Assembly: GCA_913048525.1 (NCBI GenBank)
Contig: CAJWWP010000004.1
Coordinates: 5,074 to 69,073 of the forward strand
Reading direction: 5' to 3'
Length of the DNA: 64,000 bases
From: an uncultured Chloroflexota bacterium
GTDB lineage: Bacteria; Chloroflexota; Dehalococcoidia; Lucifugimonadales; UBA826
Within the stretch, counting starts at the first letter, position 1. The number at the start of each line of letters is the position of its first letter. The notes beneath the pieces were generated by a model. That model saw only the letters and a program-made list of their open reading frames with translations. It was not told where the DNA came from and made no database searches. The translations under genes and the position numbers were made by a program. This document shows positions 1 to 8,670 of this stretch, piece by piece.

Positions 1-770
1 TCTCTGGTATAGGCATATTTCCTATTGGATGAAGTTGGATCTTTATGATCCTTTCCGGCGATGGCTTCAAGTATTAATCCACAATCATCTGCTGACAAAG
101 CCAGTGGCCCAAGCTTGTCTAGAGTCCAAGATAGAGCCATTGCCCCGTATCTGCTTACTCTTCCATAGGTTGGTCTTAATCCGGATATCCCACAATTATT
201 GGCAGGAGAAAGAATAGATCCCCATGTTTCAGATCCAATAGCGAAAGGAACTAAACCACATCCAACCGCAGATCCGGACCCACTTGATGATCCTCCCGCC
301 CATGTGTTTTTGTCCCAGGGGCTTTTACAAGGACCTGTGATAGAGGCATTGGGTTGCCTGTACCCCATACCTCCCGCGAGTTCTACCATTGCTAACTTTG
401 CTATAAGAACAGCGCCAGACTTTCGCAATTTTGAAACTACTGTAGCGTCGTAATTAAAGGTTTGACTTTCGAACAGCTTCGCGCCCCAGGTTGTTGGTAT
501 CCCTCCGGATGTCGCTAGCAGGTCTTTGGCTCCATAGGGGATTCCATGCAGTGGCCCCTTGTATTCACCTTTGAATATTTCATCTTCCGCAGATTTTGCT
601 TGTTTTAATGCAAGGTCAGCAGTTATTGTCACCACGGAGTTATATTCTGGACCGTATTTTCTCAGTCTGTCGAGAAAATGCTTAGTGACCTCTACTGGCG
701 AAATGTCCCTAGATTTAATTCTGAATCCGAGCTCTCTAACTGACTTAAATATGGGAGTTTCACTCATCAT
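1..770 (-). CDS. Amidase-signature (GatA-like) amidase; 3' end runs off the window
   Basis: Absent from the ORF track because it is open to the window edge. My translation of the minus strand from ATG(770) gives MMSETPIFKSVRELGF..GPLHGIPYGAKDLL..WAGGSSSGSGSAVG..FAIGSETWGSI..GLRPTYGRVSRYG, the Gly/Ser-rich amidase signature. The plus-strand ORFs at 29-783 are its shadows. Confidence 0.85.
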   Translation of the reverse strand, partial: MMSETPIFKSVRELGFRIKSRDISPVEVTKHFLDRLRKYGPEYNSVVTITADLALKQAKSAEDEIFKGEYKGPLHGIPYGAKDLLATSGGIPTTWGAKLFESQTFNYDATVVSKLRKSGAVLIAKLAMVELAGGMGYRQPNASITGPCKSPWDKNTWAGGSSSGSGSAVGCGLVPFAIGSETWGSILSPANNCGISGLRPTYGRVSRYGAMALSWTLDKLGPLALSADDCGLILEAIAGKDHKDPTSSNRKYAYTR

Positions 771-984
771 GGATTTCTCCTGAGTCACATTCTGTAGTTT
801 CGGCAAAAGGAGAGAAGACTGAAAATGGCTCCATACCGTTACTTAAGTCAACGTTTCTTAAGGCACGTGCATTGTTAATTATGTCCTTTACAGACTCCTT
901 AACGTGGGCTATCTCATGATCTTCTAAAAAATGTCCGTATTTAGTAATGACCAACTCAGCAAGATGTTTTTCCTCAGGGTTCAT
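760..984 (-). CDS. GatC-like small protein, probable accessory subunit of the downstream amidase
   Basis: The internal Met (MNPEEKHLAELVITKYGHFLEDHEIAHVKESVKDIINNARALRNVDLSNGMEPFSVF) matches the GatC pattern by eye (helical N-terminus, then L..VD....EP). The stop overlaps the amidase ATG by 11 nt, and the start overlaps the mazG stop. The ORF-track start at 1032 lies inside mazG. Confidence 0.55.
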   Translation of the reverse strand: MNPEEKHLAELVITKYGHFLEDHEIAHVKESVKDIINNARALRNVDLSNGMEPFSVFSPFAETTECDSGEIHDE

Positions 985-1801
985 ATAAGCGCTCCTTCTT
1001 AACTTCCTCCCATAGGGAATCTTTTTCCTCAATTGTCAGAATCTTGAATTCTGATCCCCGGGAGGAACTGATTTTTTCCATGGCACGAAAACGACTTTCG
1101 AATTTACGGTTTGAATTTCGAAGGGACTGTTCTGGATCAATACCCATTCTGCGTCCGGCGTTCACTAGACTGAATAAAATGTCCCCAAATTCTTCAATTT
1201 TTTCTTCTTCCGTGTTAGTGTTTGCAAGTTCATCAAATTCTTCTATGACCTTTGCCCGTATATCTTCTTCGCATTCCCAATCAAATCCGGTTTTTGCGGC
1301 TCTTCGTTGTAAAGAATACGAGTGCGTGAGAGATGGCATACTTTTGGGTATACCATCTAGGGCTGACTTTCTGTCTTCTTTTTCATTTCTCTTTATTTCT
1401 TCCCATGTTTCGGCCAACTCCTTCATGCTATTTATCTGTTTGTCTCCAAATACGTGAGGGTGTCTTCGTATATATTTTTGAGTGACCGAGGCGAATATGT
1501 CTTTATCTTTGAAAAAGCCGGTTTTCACACCAATGTTCATTTGAAAGGCCATGTGAAACAGTACATCTCCAATTTCCTCAATGATTTCTTCTACATCATT
1601 GGATTCGATTGCCTCTACTAATTCGTAGCATTCTTCCACCAGCATTGGAATCAGTGTATTCATGGTTTGTGTTTTATCCCAGGGACAACCTCTTGCTCCT
1701 GTGAGTCGCTCAACTAGCTTTTGGACACCCCTAAAAGTGTCAGGAAATGTTGGATTACCCACAGGATTGTCATTTTGCATTTGTTTCTCCGAGTCTGCCA
1801 T
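974..1801 (-). CDS. mazG: Nucleoside triphosphate pyrophosphohydrolase MazG
   Basis: Two MazG repeats: CPWDKTQT..LVEECYELVEAI..EEIGDVLFHM and a second EEFGDILFSLVN. I prefer ATG at 1801 (AGAGGUG about 11 nt upstream) over the GTG at 1843, which abuts the divergent gene. Confidence 0.9.
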   Translation of the reverse strand: MADSEKQMQNDNPVGNPTFPDTFRGVQKLVERLTGARGCPWDKTQTMNTLIPMLVEECYELVEAIESNDVEEIIEEIGDVLFHMAFQMNIGVKTGFFKDKDIFASVTQKYIRRHPHVFGDKQINSMKELAETWEEIKRNEKEDRKSALDGIPKSMPSLTHSYSLQRRAAKTGFDWECEEDIRAKVIEEFDELANTNTEEEKIEEFGDILFSLVNAGRRMGIDPEQSLRNSNRKFESRFRAMEKISSSRGSEFKILTIEEKDSLWEEVKKERLYEP

Positions 1802-1843
1802 GGTGTGTTGACACCTCTTTATTTCTGAAAATAAGCTATTCAC

Positions 1844-2536
1844 ATGATCTTAAGACTTCTTTGTATTCTACGCTCCGCTCTGATCGTATTAATTGTTCCT
1901 TTGTTGTTGGTGACAACTAACGTGCGATTGGTGGTGAATTCTTCCTATGTATATAGCTATGGGTTTCACAAATATGGTATCGAGTCAGTAACAGGAATAG
2001 AGATGAGACAGCTGGAGCTTGCTGGCAAAAAGATAAGAGATTACTTTTCTAATGATCAGGATTTCATAGTTATCAATATCGAACGTCAGGGACAGAATAT
2101 TAAAAACCTTTATAACCAGAGGGAAATTCTGCATATGAAGGATGTAAAGAATCTTGTCCAGTTGACTTACTCGATACAGATATGGGGGTTTCTACTTCTG
2201 TCCTGTTTAATTATTGCCGGGGTTTTATCAAAGAAGCCACGAAATTTGTCAAATGCCGTTGACTTGATCAGCTGGGGTGGAGGACTGACGCTCGTTATCT
2301 TAGCAGTTATAGGGGTCCTATCGCTCTTCGGTTTTCAAAGACTGTTTCTTTTTTTTCACTTGGTTAGTTTTGATAACGACCTTTGGATTCTGGACCCTAG
2401 ACGTGACTACTTGATTATGATGTTTCCCCAGGGATTTTTTTTCGATGCGACCGTAATTATTGTGGTGCTTACTCTTGGGCAGGCTCTTGTATTGTGGGTA
2501 GTTCCTAGGCTAATTAGAAAGTTTCGTAGACTTTAG
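1844..2536 (+). CDS. Integral membrane protein, TIGR01906/DUF1461-like
   Basis: N-terminal TM helix, a central soluble part containing REILHMKDVKNL (the HMxDV motif I associate with DUF1461), then three C-terminal TM helices. Confidence 0.55.
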   Translation: MILRLLCILRSALIVLIVPLLLVTTNVRLVVNSSYVYSYGFHKYGIESVTGIEMRQLELAGKKIRDYFSNDQDFIVINIERQGQNIKNLYNQREILHMKDVKNLVQLTYSIQIWGFLLLSCLIIAGVLSKKPRNLSNAVDLISWGGGLTLVILAVIGVLSLFGFQRLFLFFHLVSFDNDLWILDPRRDYLIMMFPQGFFFDATVIIVVLTLGQALVLWVVPRLIRKFRRL

Positions 2537-2557
2537 AGGGAGGAGTACTTTTAAATA

Positions 2558-3640
2558 ATGCACTACCAAGAAGAACGTAATTACGGGTGTCGGATTTCCG
2601 ATTCATGGACGTACAGAGGATTGAAGACAGTTGTGATGGAAAATGAACTCATACGAATAGTTATTTTGGCGGATAAAGGGGCGGATATTTATCAATTTGT
2701 ATATAAGAAAACTGATACAGATTTCTTATGGCGTTCCCCTTGGGGCGTACGTGACCCATCCAAGTTCATTCCCACTACAGGAGACGGAGTAGGTATGTGG
2801 ATGGACACATATGAGGGGGGATGGCAGACCGTGCTACCGGGGGGTGGGTTTCCTTCTACATATGGGGAAGCCGATATGGGCCTTCATGCCGAAGTTAACA
2901 CACTTCCATGGGATTGCACTATCGTGGAGGATTCAGTCGAAAGGGTTTCAGTAAAATTTTCTGTAAGGACATATAGGACCCCATTTTTTTTTGAAAAATT
3001 ACTTACAATTGAAAAATCTAAACCGGCTTTATTTATAAAACAAACATTGATTAATGAAGGAGCTGAAGCGGTTCACTGTGTATGGGGAGAACACATTGCT
3101 CTTGGCTCACCATTTCTGAATGACAAGTGCCTGATAGATCTTCCTGGAGGGAAAATCATAAATCACCCCAAACAGTTTCACGTGAATAACAAGTTGGAGC
3201 CCGGTGCGGTAACAGATTGGCCTACGACCCGCCTGAAGGATGGTACTGCACATAACCTCAGCAGGGTACCTGGGAAAGATTTTTTCTCCTATGATCAATC
3301 GTACATCACTGAAATGCCCGTTGGCTGGTACGGTATTACGAATAGGGATATAGGGGTGGGATTTGGTGTGGCATTCTCTGACATATACAAATATCTTTGG
3401 TACTGGCAATCTCTGGGTGGAGGAACAGGTTATCCGTGGTACGGACGTACCTATAATATTGGGTTAGAACCATTTACCAGTTATACAAACGAAGGACTTG
3501 GTACCGCCATTGATAATGGTACCGCTTTGTTGGTAGAAGCGGGTCAAGAGGTACAGTCATCCGTTACTGCAGTGGCCTATGAATCCTCAAAAGGAATCGA
3601 AGGGATTTCTCAGTCTGGAGATATAAACCTCAAAAAGTAG
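2558..3640 (+). CDS. Aldose 1-epimerase-like (DUF4432-type) protein
   Basis: 360 aa. The beta-rich sequence has a mutarotase-like layout (ENELIRIVILADKGADIYQF, GGWQTVLPGGG, HAEV, WGEHIALG). Family assignment is from memory only. Confidence 0.5.
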   Translation: MHYQEERNYGCRISDSWTYRGLKTVVMENELIRIVILADKGADIYQFVYKKTDTDFLWRSPWGVRDPSKFIPTTGDGVGMWMDTYEGGWQTVLPGGGFPSTYGEADMGLHAEVNTLPWDCTIVEDSVERVSVKFSVRTYRTPFFFEKLLTIEKSKPALFIKQTLINEGAEAVHCVWGEHIALGSPFLNDKCLIDLPGGKIINHPKQFHVNNKLEPGAVTDWPTTRLKDGTAHNLSRVPGKDFFSYDQSYITEMPVGWYGITNRDIGVGFGVAFSDIYKYLWYWQSLGGGTGYPWYGRTYNIGLEPFTSYTNEGLGTAIDNGTALLVEAGQEVQSSVTAVAYESSKGIEGISQSGDINLKK

Positions 3641-3644
3641 GGTA

Positions 3645-4061
3645 TCAAAGTGTCCCATAAAGTTTTTCCGCTACAATCTTCACACCTACTCGCTCGTCTC
3701 TGATCATTGCCTCATCATAGTCATCCCAGTCAGGGTGATTTTGTCCGCTGGCAGATGTGTATATTTTTCGTAACGTTTGAAGCCATAATTCCTTGTCATG
3801 ATTCCTTTGAGAGAATATTTGGGCGCACCCCTCTAAAACTAGGTAAGGTCTCCATGAAGGCCCAGAAACTAGAATTGAGCAGCGGGGATTTCTTATCAAA
3901 TTACGTAGCTTAGCTCTGTTTTCGGTGGTGGTGAAAGCCACGCCATCTTCCAGAGCTCCAACAGTGACTATACTCATTTGTGCGGCACCATTCCGACGGA
4001 AGGTGGTAAGTACGGCGTCGTGATTATTTCGTAGAAACTCTGCCAGATCACTCGTTTTCAT
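3645..4061 (-). CDS. PPOX-class (pyridoxamine 5'-phosphate oxidase fold) probable F420-dependent enzyme
   Basis: 138 aa. FLRNNHDAVLTTFRRNGAAQMSIVTV..AFTTTENRAKLRNLIRNPRCSILV is typical of the PPOX split-barrel family. Confidence 0.65.
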   Translation of the reverse strand: MKTSDLAEFLRNNHDAVLTTFRRNGAAQMSIVTVGALEDGVAFTTTENRAKLRNLIRNPRCSILVSGPSWRPYLVLEGCAQIFSQRNHDKELWLQTLRKIYTSASGQNHPDWDDYDEAMIRDERVGVKIVAEKLYGTL

Positions 4062-4528
4062 GTTATGCCCTCTGAAAGTTCTGTTTCGTAAAGTAGATAT
4101 TTCGTGTTGTACATCCCAAGGTTTTTATAAACTGATTGTGCAATTTTATTTTCCTTCTCTACGTAGAGTCGGATACCACAGACATTTCCTGCACTAAAGG
4201 ATAGCTTTTTCACCTCTTCATATAGATGGCTATATACTCCTTTTCGACGCCATCTTTTCTTTACATATACGCTTTGTATCCACCAGAACCATCCATTCCG
4301 CCAGTCACTCCACTCATAAGTTATTAGGAGGCTGCCGATGACGTCACCTTCATACTCCCCGATTAAGTATGTACCTTTTTGTTTGTCGCGCATTACCTCG
4401 GTGACACCTAGTTTAATCGATGACTCTAAGAGTGTTTTATTTTCTGTTTCTAGAGCCATTTCTTTTTGAAATTTGACTATAGTTTCTATATCAGAAAATG
4501 TTCCTTCTCTTGTGAGTAATTTGTCCAT
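4058..4528 (-). CDS. GNAT family N-acetyltransferase
   Basis: The acetyl-CoA-binding segment VYVKKRWRRKGVYSHLYEEV (Q/RxxGxG/A-like) and its 156-aa length. It overlaps the downstream gene by 4 nt. Confidence 0.8.
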   Translation of the reverse strand: MDKLLTREGTFSDIETIVKFQKEMALETENKTLLESSIKLGVTEVMRDKQKGTYLIGEYEGDVIGSLLITYEWSDWRNGWFWWIQSVYVKKRWRRKGVYSHLYEEVKKLSFSAGNVCGIRLYVEKENKIAQSVYKNLGMYNTKYLLYETELSEGIT

Positions 4529-4625
4529 ATGACTATGCTCCGTTGGATATCGTAATTTGGAAAGTTTTATTGCACCAAGATATCAATAACTTCATATATA
4601 TCATGAATGGACTTTTAAATCTGGG

Positions 4626-4657
4626 TTGATTCAATCTGAGTTACCCTGACGTATAAT
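4626..4657 (+). promoter_or_regulatory. Candidate sigma70-type promoter for the CoA-transferase operon
   Basis: Perfect TATAAT at 4652-4657. There is a TTGATTCAA -35-like stretch at 4626-4634, but the spacing is ambiguous (17-20 nt). The AAAGGAG RBS lies at 4672-4678. Confidence 0.35.
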
Positions 4658-4681
4658 GTGCGCCGTACTTGAAAAGGAGTT

Positions 4682-5395
4682 ATGAAGTATTTGAACAAAG
4701 TCTATTCATCTTTTAATGAGGCTGTAGCCGATATACCAGACGGTGCCACATTGATGATCGACGGATTTGCTGGTCCTGGAGGCACCTCTCAAAATCTTAT
4801 AAGAGCCCTCAGGGATCAAGGCGCCCGTGACTTAACAATCATAAGTAATACTGCAGGGATAGCTAGCGTTGTTGGCTTCGGCACTATTCCTGGACAAAAA
4901 CCAATAGACATTGGTATTTTGGTTGATAACGGCCAGGTGGGGAAGGTAATAGCATCCTTTCCCGTGTCTCCATCACCTTCACGGCCTACTTCATTTGAGA
5001 AGGCATATCAGAGAGGCGAAGTCGAACTTGAGCTTGTGCCGCAAGGGACACTTGCAGAACGGATTCGTGCTGGTGGGGCTGGAATTCCCGCTTTCTTTAC
5101 CCCTACAGGAATAGGAACATTTGTAACGGAGGAGAAAGAAACTAGGTTCTATGACGGGAAAGAATATGTATTGGAGACTGCCCTCAAGGCGGATTATGCT
5201 CTAATAAGAGGCTACATGGCGGACACTATTGGGAACCTTTGTTTTAGGGGTACTTCGATGAATTTCAACGGAGTTATGGTTACTGCAGCTGTGATTTCTA
5301 TTGTTGAGGTAGACAAAGTCGTCAATGTGGGGGAAATTGATTCGTATAGGATAGATACACCGGGACTCTACGTTAATAGGATAGTTGAGGTCTGA
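4682..5395 (+). CDS. Family-I 3-oxoacid CoA-transferase, subunit A
   Basis: MIDGFAGPGGTSQNLIRAL..ELELVPQGTLAERIRAGGAGIPAFFTPTG is the canonical subunit A core. Confidence 0.9.
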   Translation: MKYLNKVYSSFNEAVADIPDGATLMIDGFAGPGGTSQNLIRALRDQGARDLTIISNTAGIASVVGFGTIPGQKPIDIGILVDNGQVGKVIASFPVSPSPSRPTSFEKAYQRGEVELELVPQGTLAERIRAGGAGIPAFFTPTGIGTFVTEEKETRFYDGKEYVLETALKADYALIRGYMADTIGNLCFRGTSMNFNGVMVTAAVISIVEVDKVVNVGEIDSYRIDTPGLYVNRIVEV

Positions 5396-5397
5396 TT

Positions 5398-6063
5398 TTG
5401 GTTGCTGAAAGACTACCCCGAGAAGTAATTGCTATGCGAGTGGCACAGGAACTCCAAGATGGAAATGTCGTTAATCTAGGCATTGGAATTCCTTCACTGT
5501 GCTCACAATTCGTACCTGAAGGTAGAACGATTTTCTACCATAGTGAAAGTGGAGTTCTAAACTACGGTCCTATGGCGGAGGAAGGTAGAGAAGATCAGGA
5601 TCTCATTAACGCCAGTGGTCAATTTTTAGCCCCGGTGCAGGGGATGTCATTTTTCGATTCAGGTGCAGCATTTGCAATGATTAGAGGAGGACATATAGAT
5701 GTCACAGTACTGGGGGCGCTACAGGTTTCCAGTAAAGGGGATTTAGCTAATTGGATGATTCCCTCACGGGGCATTGGAAATGTAGGTGGTGCGATGGATT
5801 TGGCTGTTGGAGCGAAAAAAGTTATCGTCTCTATGGAACATATTGATCGTGAAGGTAACCCCAAAATTGTCGAAAAGTGTACCTTCCCTCTTACATGTCC
5901 TACCTGTGTTGATATGATAGTGACGGACATTGCTGTCATATCAGTTCAAGATGACGGGTTAGTTTTGCATGAAACCGCTCCCGGTTGGTCCGTTGCGGAT
6001 GTACAGGCAGAGACGGATGCAAAATTAATTATTGCATCTGATGTAAAGAATATTGCGCTCTAG
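5398..6063 (+). CDS. Family-I 3-oxoacid CoA-transferase, subunit B
   Basis: NLGIGIPSL..HSESGVLNYGP contains the catalytic Glu in an S-E-x-G motif. TTG start 2 nt after the subunit A stop. Confidence 0.9.
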   Translation: MVAERLPREVIAMRVAQELQDGNVVNLGIGIPSLCSQFVPEGRTIFYHSESGVLNYGPMAEEGREDQDLINASGQFLAPVQGMSFFDSGAAFAMIRGGHIDVTVLGALQVSSKGDLANWMIPSRGIGNVGGAMDLAVGAKKVIVSMEHIDREGNPKIVEKCTFPLTCPTCVDMIVTDIAVISVQDDGLVLHETAPGWSVADVQAETDAKLIIASDVKNIAL

Positions 6064-8648
6064 GAAAAGACTCCCTCGACCCGGAAAGTGGCTCCATCTT
6101 CGGTTTTTATCACCTCAATTTGTTCCTCAAAACTCTCTTTCATCTGCTCGACATGTGTGATTACTATAATTTTTTCGAACTCTGTCTGCACTGACTGAAT
6201 TGCCTCAGTTAGACGTTCCTGTCCTTTTGAGTCTTGGGAACCAAAACCCTCATCTATGAATAGGATAGGTAATGGGGCACCAGATCTTGAAGCAAGAAGT
6301 TTTGATAACGCAATTCTAAGTGCGAAATCTATGCGAAATGATTCACCTCCACTGAAAGTCTCATAGCTTCTCGTTCCGACTTCATCTGAGACGCGAATGT
6401 CTAACTCCTCAGACGGCACTCCAGTCAATCTATCCAATCTTCCCTCTCGGAGCTCCAATTTTATTGCCATTCTGTTGTCGGTAAGTTTCGATAATAGTTC
6501 ATTTGATATTTCTTGGATCTGCGGAACGGATCTTTCAATCATGAAAGCCTGTATTCCGTTTCGGCCGAAGGCTGCAGTCAACTCATCGTATGAATCTTTT
6601 TCTTGTTTGTGAGAATTAATTGATTTTCTTAATTTCTCAACCTCTGACTCGGTTTGTTCAATGGTTAGTAAGCGGTTTTTCAAAATGTCTCGTTGCGAAA
6701 TTGAGCTTTGTAATTCGCTACGTTTAGATTTGAGGTCTCGTGATACCTCTTGAGACATTTGTGAACTCTCTTGGCTTTGTTGAAGGCGAGTATCAATCTG
6801 TTCAAGTTCTTTATTCCAGATGCCTACCTGTTCTTTTCGATTCTGAATCAAAATCTGATTTGAATCAGAGAATTTATTTATTTCTATTCTTCTGTTCTCG
6901 GCATTTTCAAGCTGACTGCAAAGTTGGCGATACTTTTGATAATTCGTTTCATTGTCTATCAATGATTTATGTGTTTGTTCGTCGTAACCGATTTTCTTGA
7001 TTTGTGATTGAACAAAGTTTAGTTCCTTTCTGTTTTCAACGGAAAAATCATTGGTTACCTTTTTCGATTCTATTGATTTGATCGTATTACGAATAGCGAC
7101 AACTTCCTGTTCTATTTTGTCGAGATGGATGAGCTTAGTTTTTGACGAAATTATGCCAGCGTTGTGGTGATTTTCCTCTTCTTGGAGGAGTTTTCTTTTG
7201 CCTGTAACAATTTCAGATTGGTTAGTGAGGACATCTTGTAATTCAAATATTTTCAGGGAATTAATCTCGTAAGATTTTTTACTTTTCTTTCCAACAAGTT
7301 TCAGTTCATTTTGTAGGTGATCCTTTCCTTTCTCTGCCAAGTTTTGATTACAAACAGGACATGATGCGTCAGATTCTTGGAGAAGATCAAACCTTTTTCT
7401 AGTTTCCGTCATTTGGCTCATCAGGGAAACATTTTCTAAATCGAGCTGATTTTTTTCTTTCTCTAACAAAGATATTTTCGCCTCAATAGATCGAAGTTCC
7501 GTTTCCTGGTTTTTTAGGGTTTTTAATGCATGCTCAAGACTAATTATCCCTTGTTTTATGTCGGGTATCTCTGCGACGGCTGGCAACATCTCTGAATCAA
7601 GACGGGTTTTTAGAATGCCTAATTCCACTGTTATTCTTTCATCTTCTACAGCAATAGCTTGACTGATGGCTGCTGATTTTTTTTCAAGATCCCTTACACT
7701 TCGAAGGTTTTGTTCGACCTTCGCGAGTTCCTTTGAGTTTTGGTCAAGATTTGCCTTGCCTTCGGTAATTTCATCGCTTCGGGAAATTAAATTTTCTAGC
7801 TCTAATAACTCAAGGGATAGCGTAGTTTCTTGTTCTTCGGCCTGTTTGATTTCTTTGACGGCGAGGTTTAAAGACGATTTAAACGTTTCGCTTTGGTTAC
7901 GATCTCTACTGGTGTTTTCGATAATGGCTGATAGTTTGGTTAATTGTTTTTCGAGAACATTCACTTGAGGAGTAATTAGCTCGATGGTAGCGTTAGTTTT
8001 ATTTATAACGTCTGTGACAGATGCCTTATCAGATAATTCTGACGAGTGTATTTCGAGTGCGGTCTCATTTCTGTCTATCTGGCTCTGCAGTTTCCTAGCT
8101 TTTTCCTTGGCTGCTGTTTCTAGTTCTTGGTAATAGTCTAAGGAAAGTACGTCCGCCAAAATTTGTTTGCGGTCCGCTGGATTGCTTTTAGTAAAACGAT
8201 CGGCATCTCCTTGGCGCAAATAAGATGTACTGACAAAGGTGTCGTAATCCATGTGTAGCAGGTTTATAATTTGCTGCTCAGTGTCTCTGATGGTATTTCC
8301 CATTATGGAAGTGGGTTGCTTCCCATTCAGCACTGCCAGGTTGAGTTCGGTTTTTCCTGAACCTGAGCCTCTACTGCGGCTATGAACTCTAGTGACACGG
8401 TATTCTTGATCATTGGCTAAAAAATCTAATTCAACACTCATTGAGGTCTGTCCCTGATGTATCAGTTCCTCTTGAGTTCTGGCTCTCGCTTTTCCCCAAA
8501 GCACCCAGGTGATTGAATCGAGTAGAGCCGTTTTTCCATTTCCGTTGTCACCCGATAGACAGGCTACATGCACATTCTCTAGATTTAGAGTGGGTAATCC
8601 CTGCCGATAGCACATGAAATTCTCAAGTGTGAGCCGGAGCGGTATCAA
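6060..8648 (-). CDS. sbcC: SbcC/Rad50-like SMC ATPase
   Basis: Walker A LSGDNGNGKTALLDSI, a long coiled-coil middle with a CxxC zinc hook (SDASCPVCNQ), the signature FSGGESFR and Walker B LFIDEGFGSQD. GGGAGGA SD 6 nt upstream of the TTG start. Confidence 0.85.
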   Translation of the reverse strand: MIPLRLTLENFMCYRQGLPTLNLENVHVACLSGDNGNGKTALLDSITWVLWGKARARTQEELIHQGQTSMSVELDFLANDQEYRVTRVHSRSRGSGSGKTELNLAVLNGKQPTSIMGNTIRDTEQQIINLLHMDYDTFVSTSYLRQGDADRFTKSNPADRKQILADVLSLDYYQELETAAKEKARKLQSQIDRNETALEIHSSELSDKASVTDVINKTNATIELITPQVNVLEKQLTKLSAIIENTSRDRNQSETFKSSLNLAVKEIKQAEEQETTLSLELLELENLISRSDEITEGKANLDQNSKELAKVEQNLRSVRDLEKKSAAISQAIAVEDERITVELGILKTRLDSEMLPAVAEIPDIKQGIISLEHALKTLKNQETELRSIEAKISLLEKEKNQLDLENVSLMSQMTETRKRFDLLQESDASCPVCNQNLAEKGKDHLQNELKLVGKKSKKSYEINSLKIFELQDVLTNQSEIVTGKRKLLQEEENHHNAGIISSKTKLIHLDKIEQEVVAIRNTIKSIESKKVTNDFSVENRKELNFVQSQIKKIGYDEQTHKSLIDNETNYQKYRQLCSQLENAENRRIEINKFSDSNQILIQNRKEQVGIWNKELEQIDTRLQQSQESSQMSQEVSRDLKSKRSELQSSISQRDILKNRLLTIEQTESEVEKLRKSINSHKQEKDSYDELTAAFGRNGIQAFMIERSVPQIQEISNELLSKLTDNRMAIKLELREGRLDRLTGVPSEELDIRVSDEVGTRSYETFSGGESFRIDFALRIALSKLLASRSGAPLPILFIDEGFGSQDSKGQERLTEAIQSVQTEFEKIIVITHVEQMKESFEEQIEVIKTEDGATFRVEGVFS

Positions 8649-8670
8649 GTTTCAATCCTCCCAACCAAAA

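Noticed and set aside
29-783. Three short plus-strand ORFs (29-217, 199-453, 559-783).
   Set aside because: They lie antisense to a continuous minus-strand frame with a clear amidase signature (GGSSSGS). They have low-complexity, Pro/Ser-rich translations typical of shadow ORFs.
6060-6063. Convergent genes sharing overlapping stop codons (CTAG at 6060-6063; also at 38211-38214 and 52358-52361).
   Set aside because: These are real but trivial. They are a consequence of a compact genome, not a regulatory device I can support.
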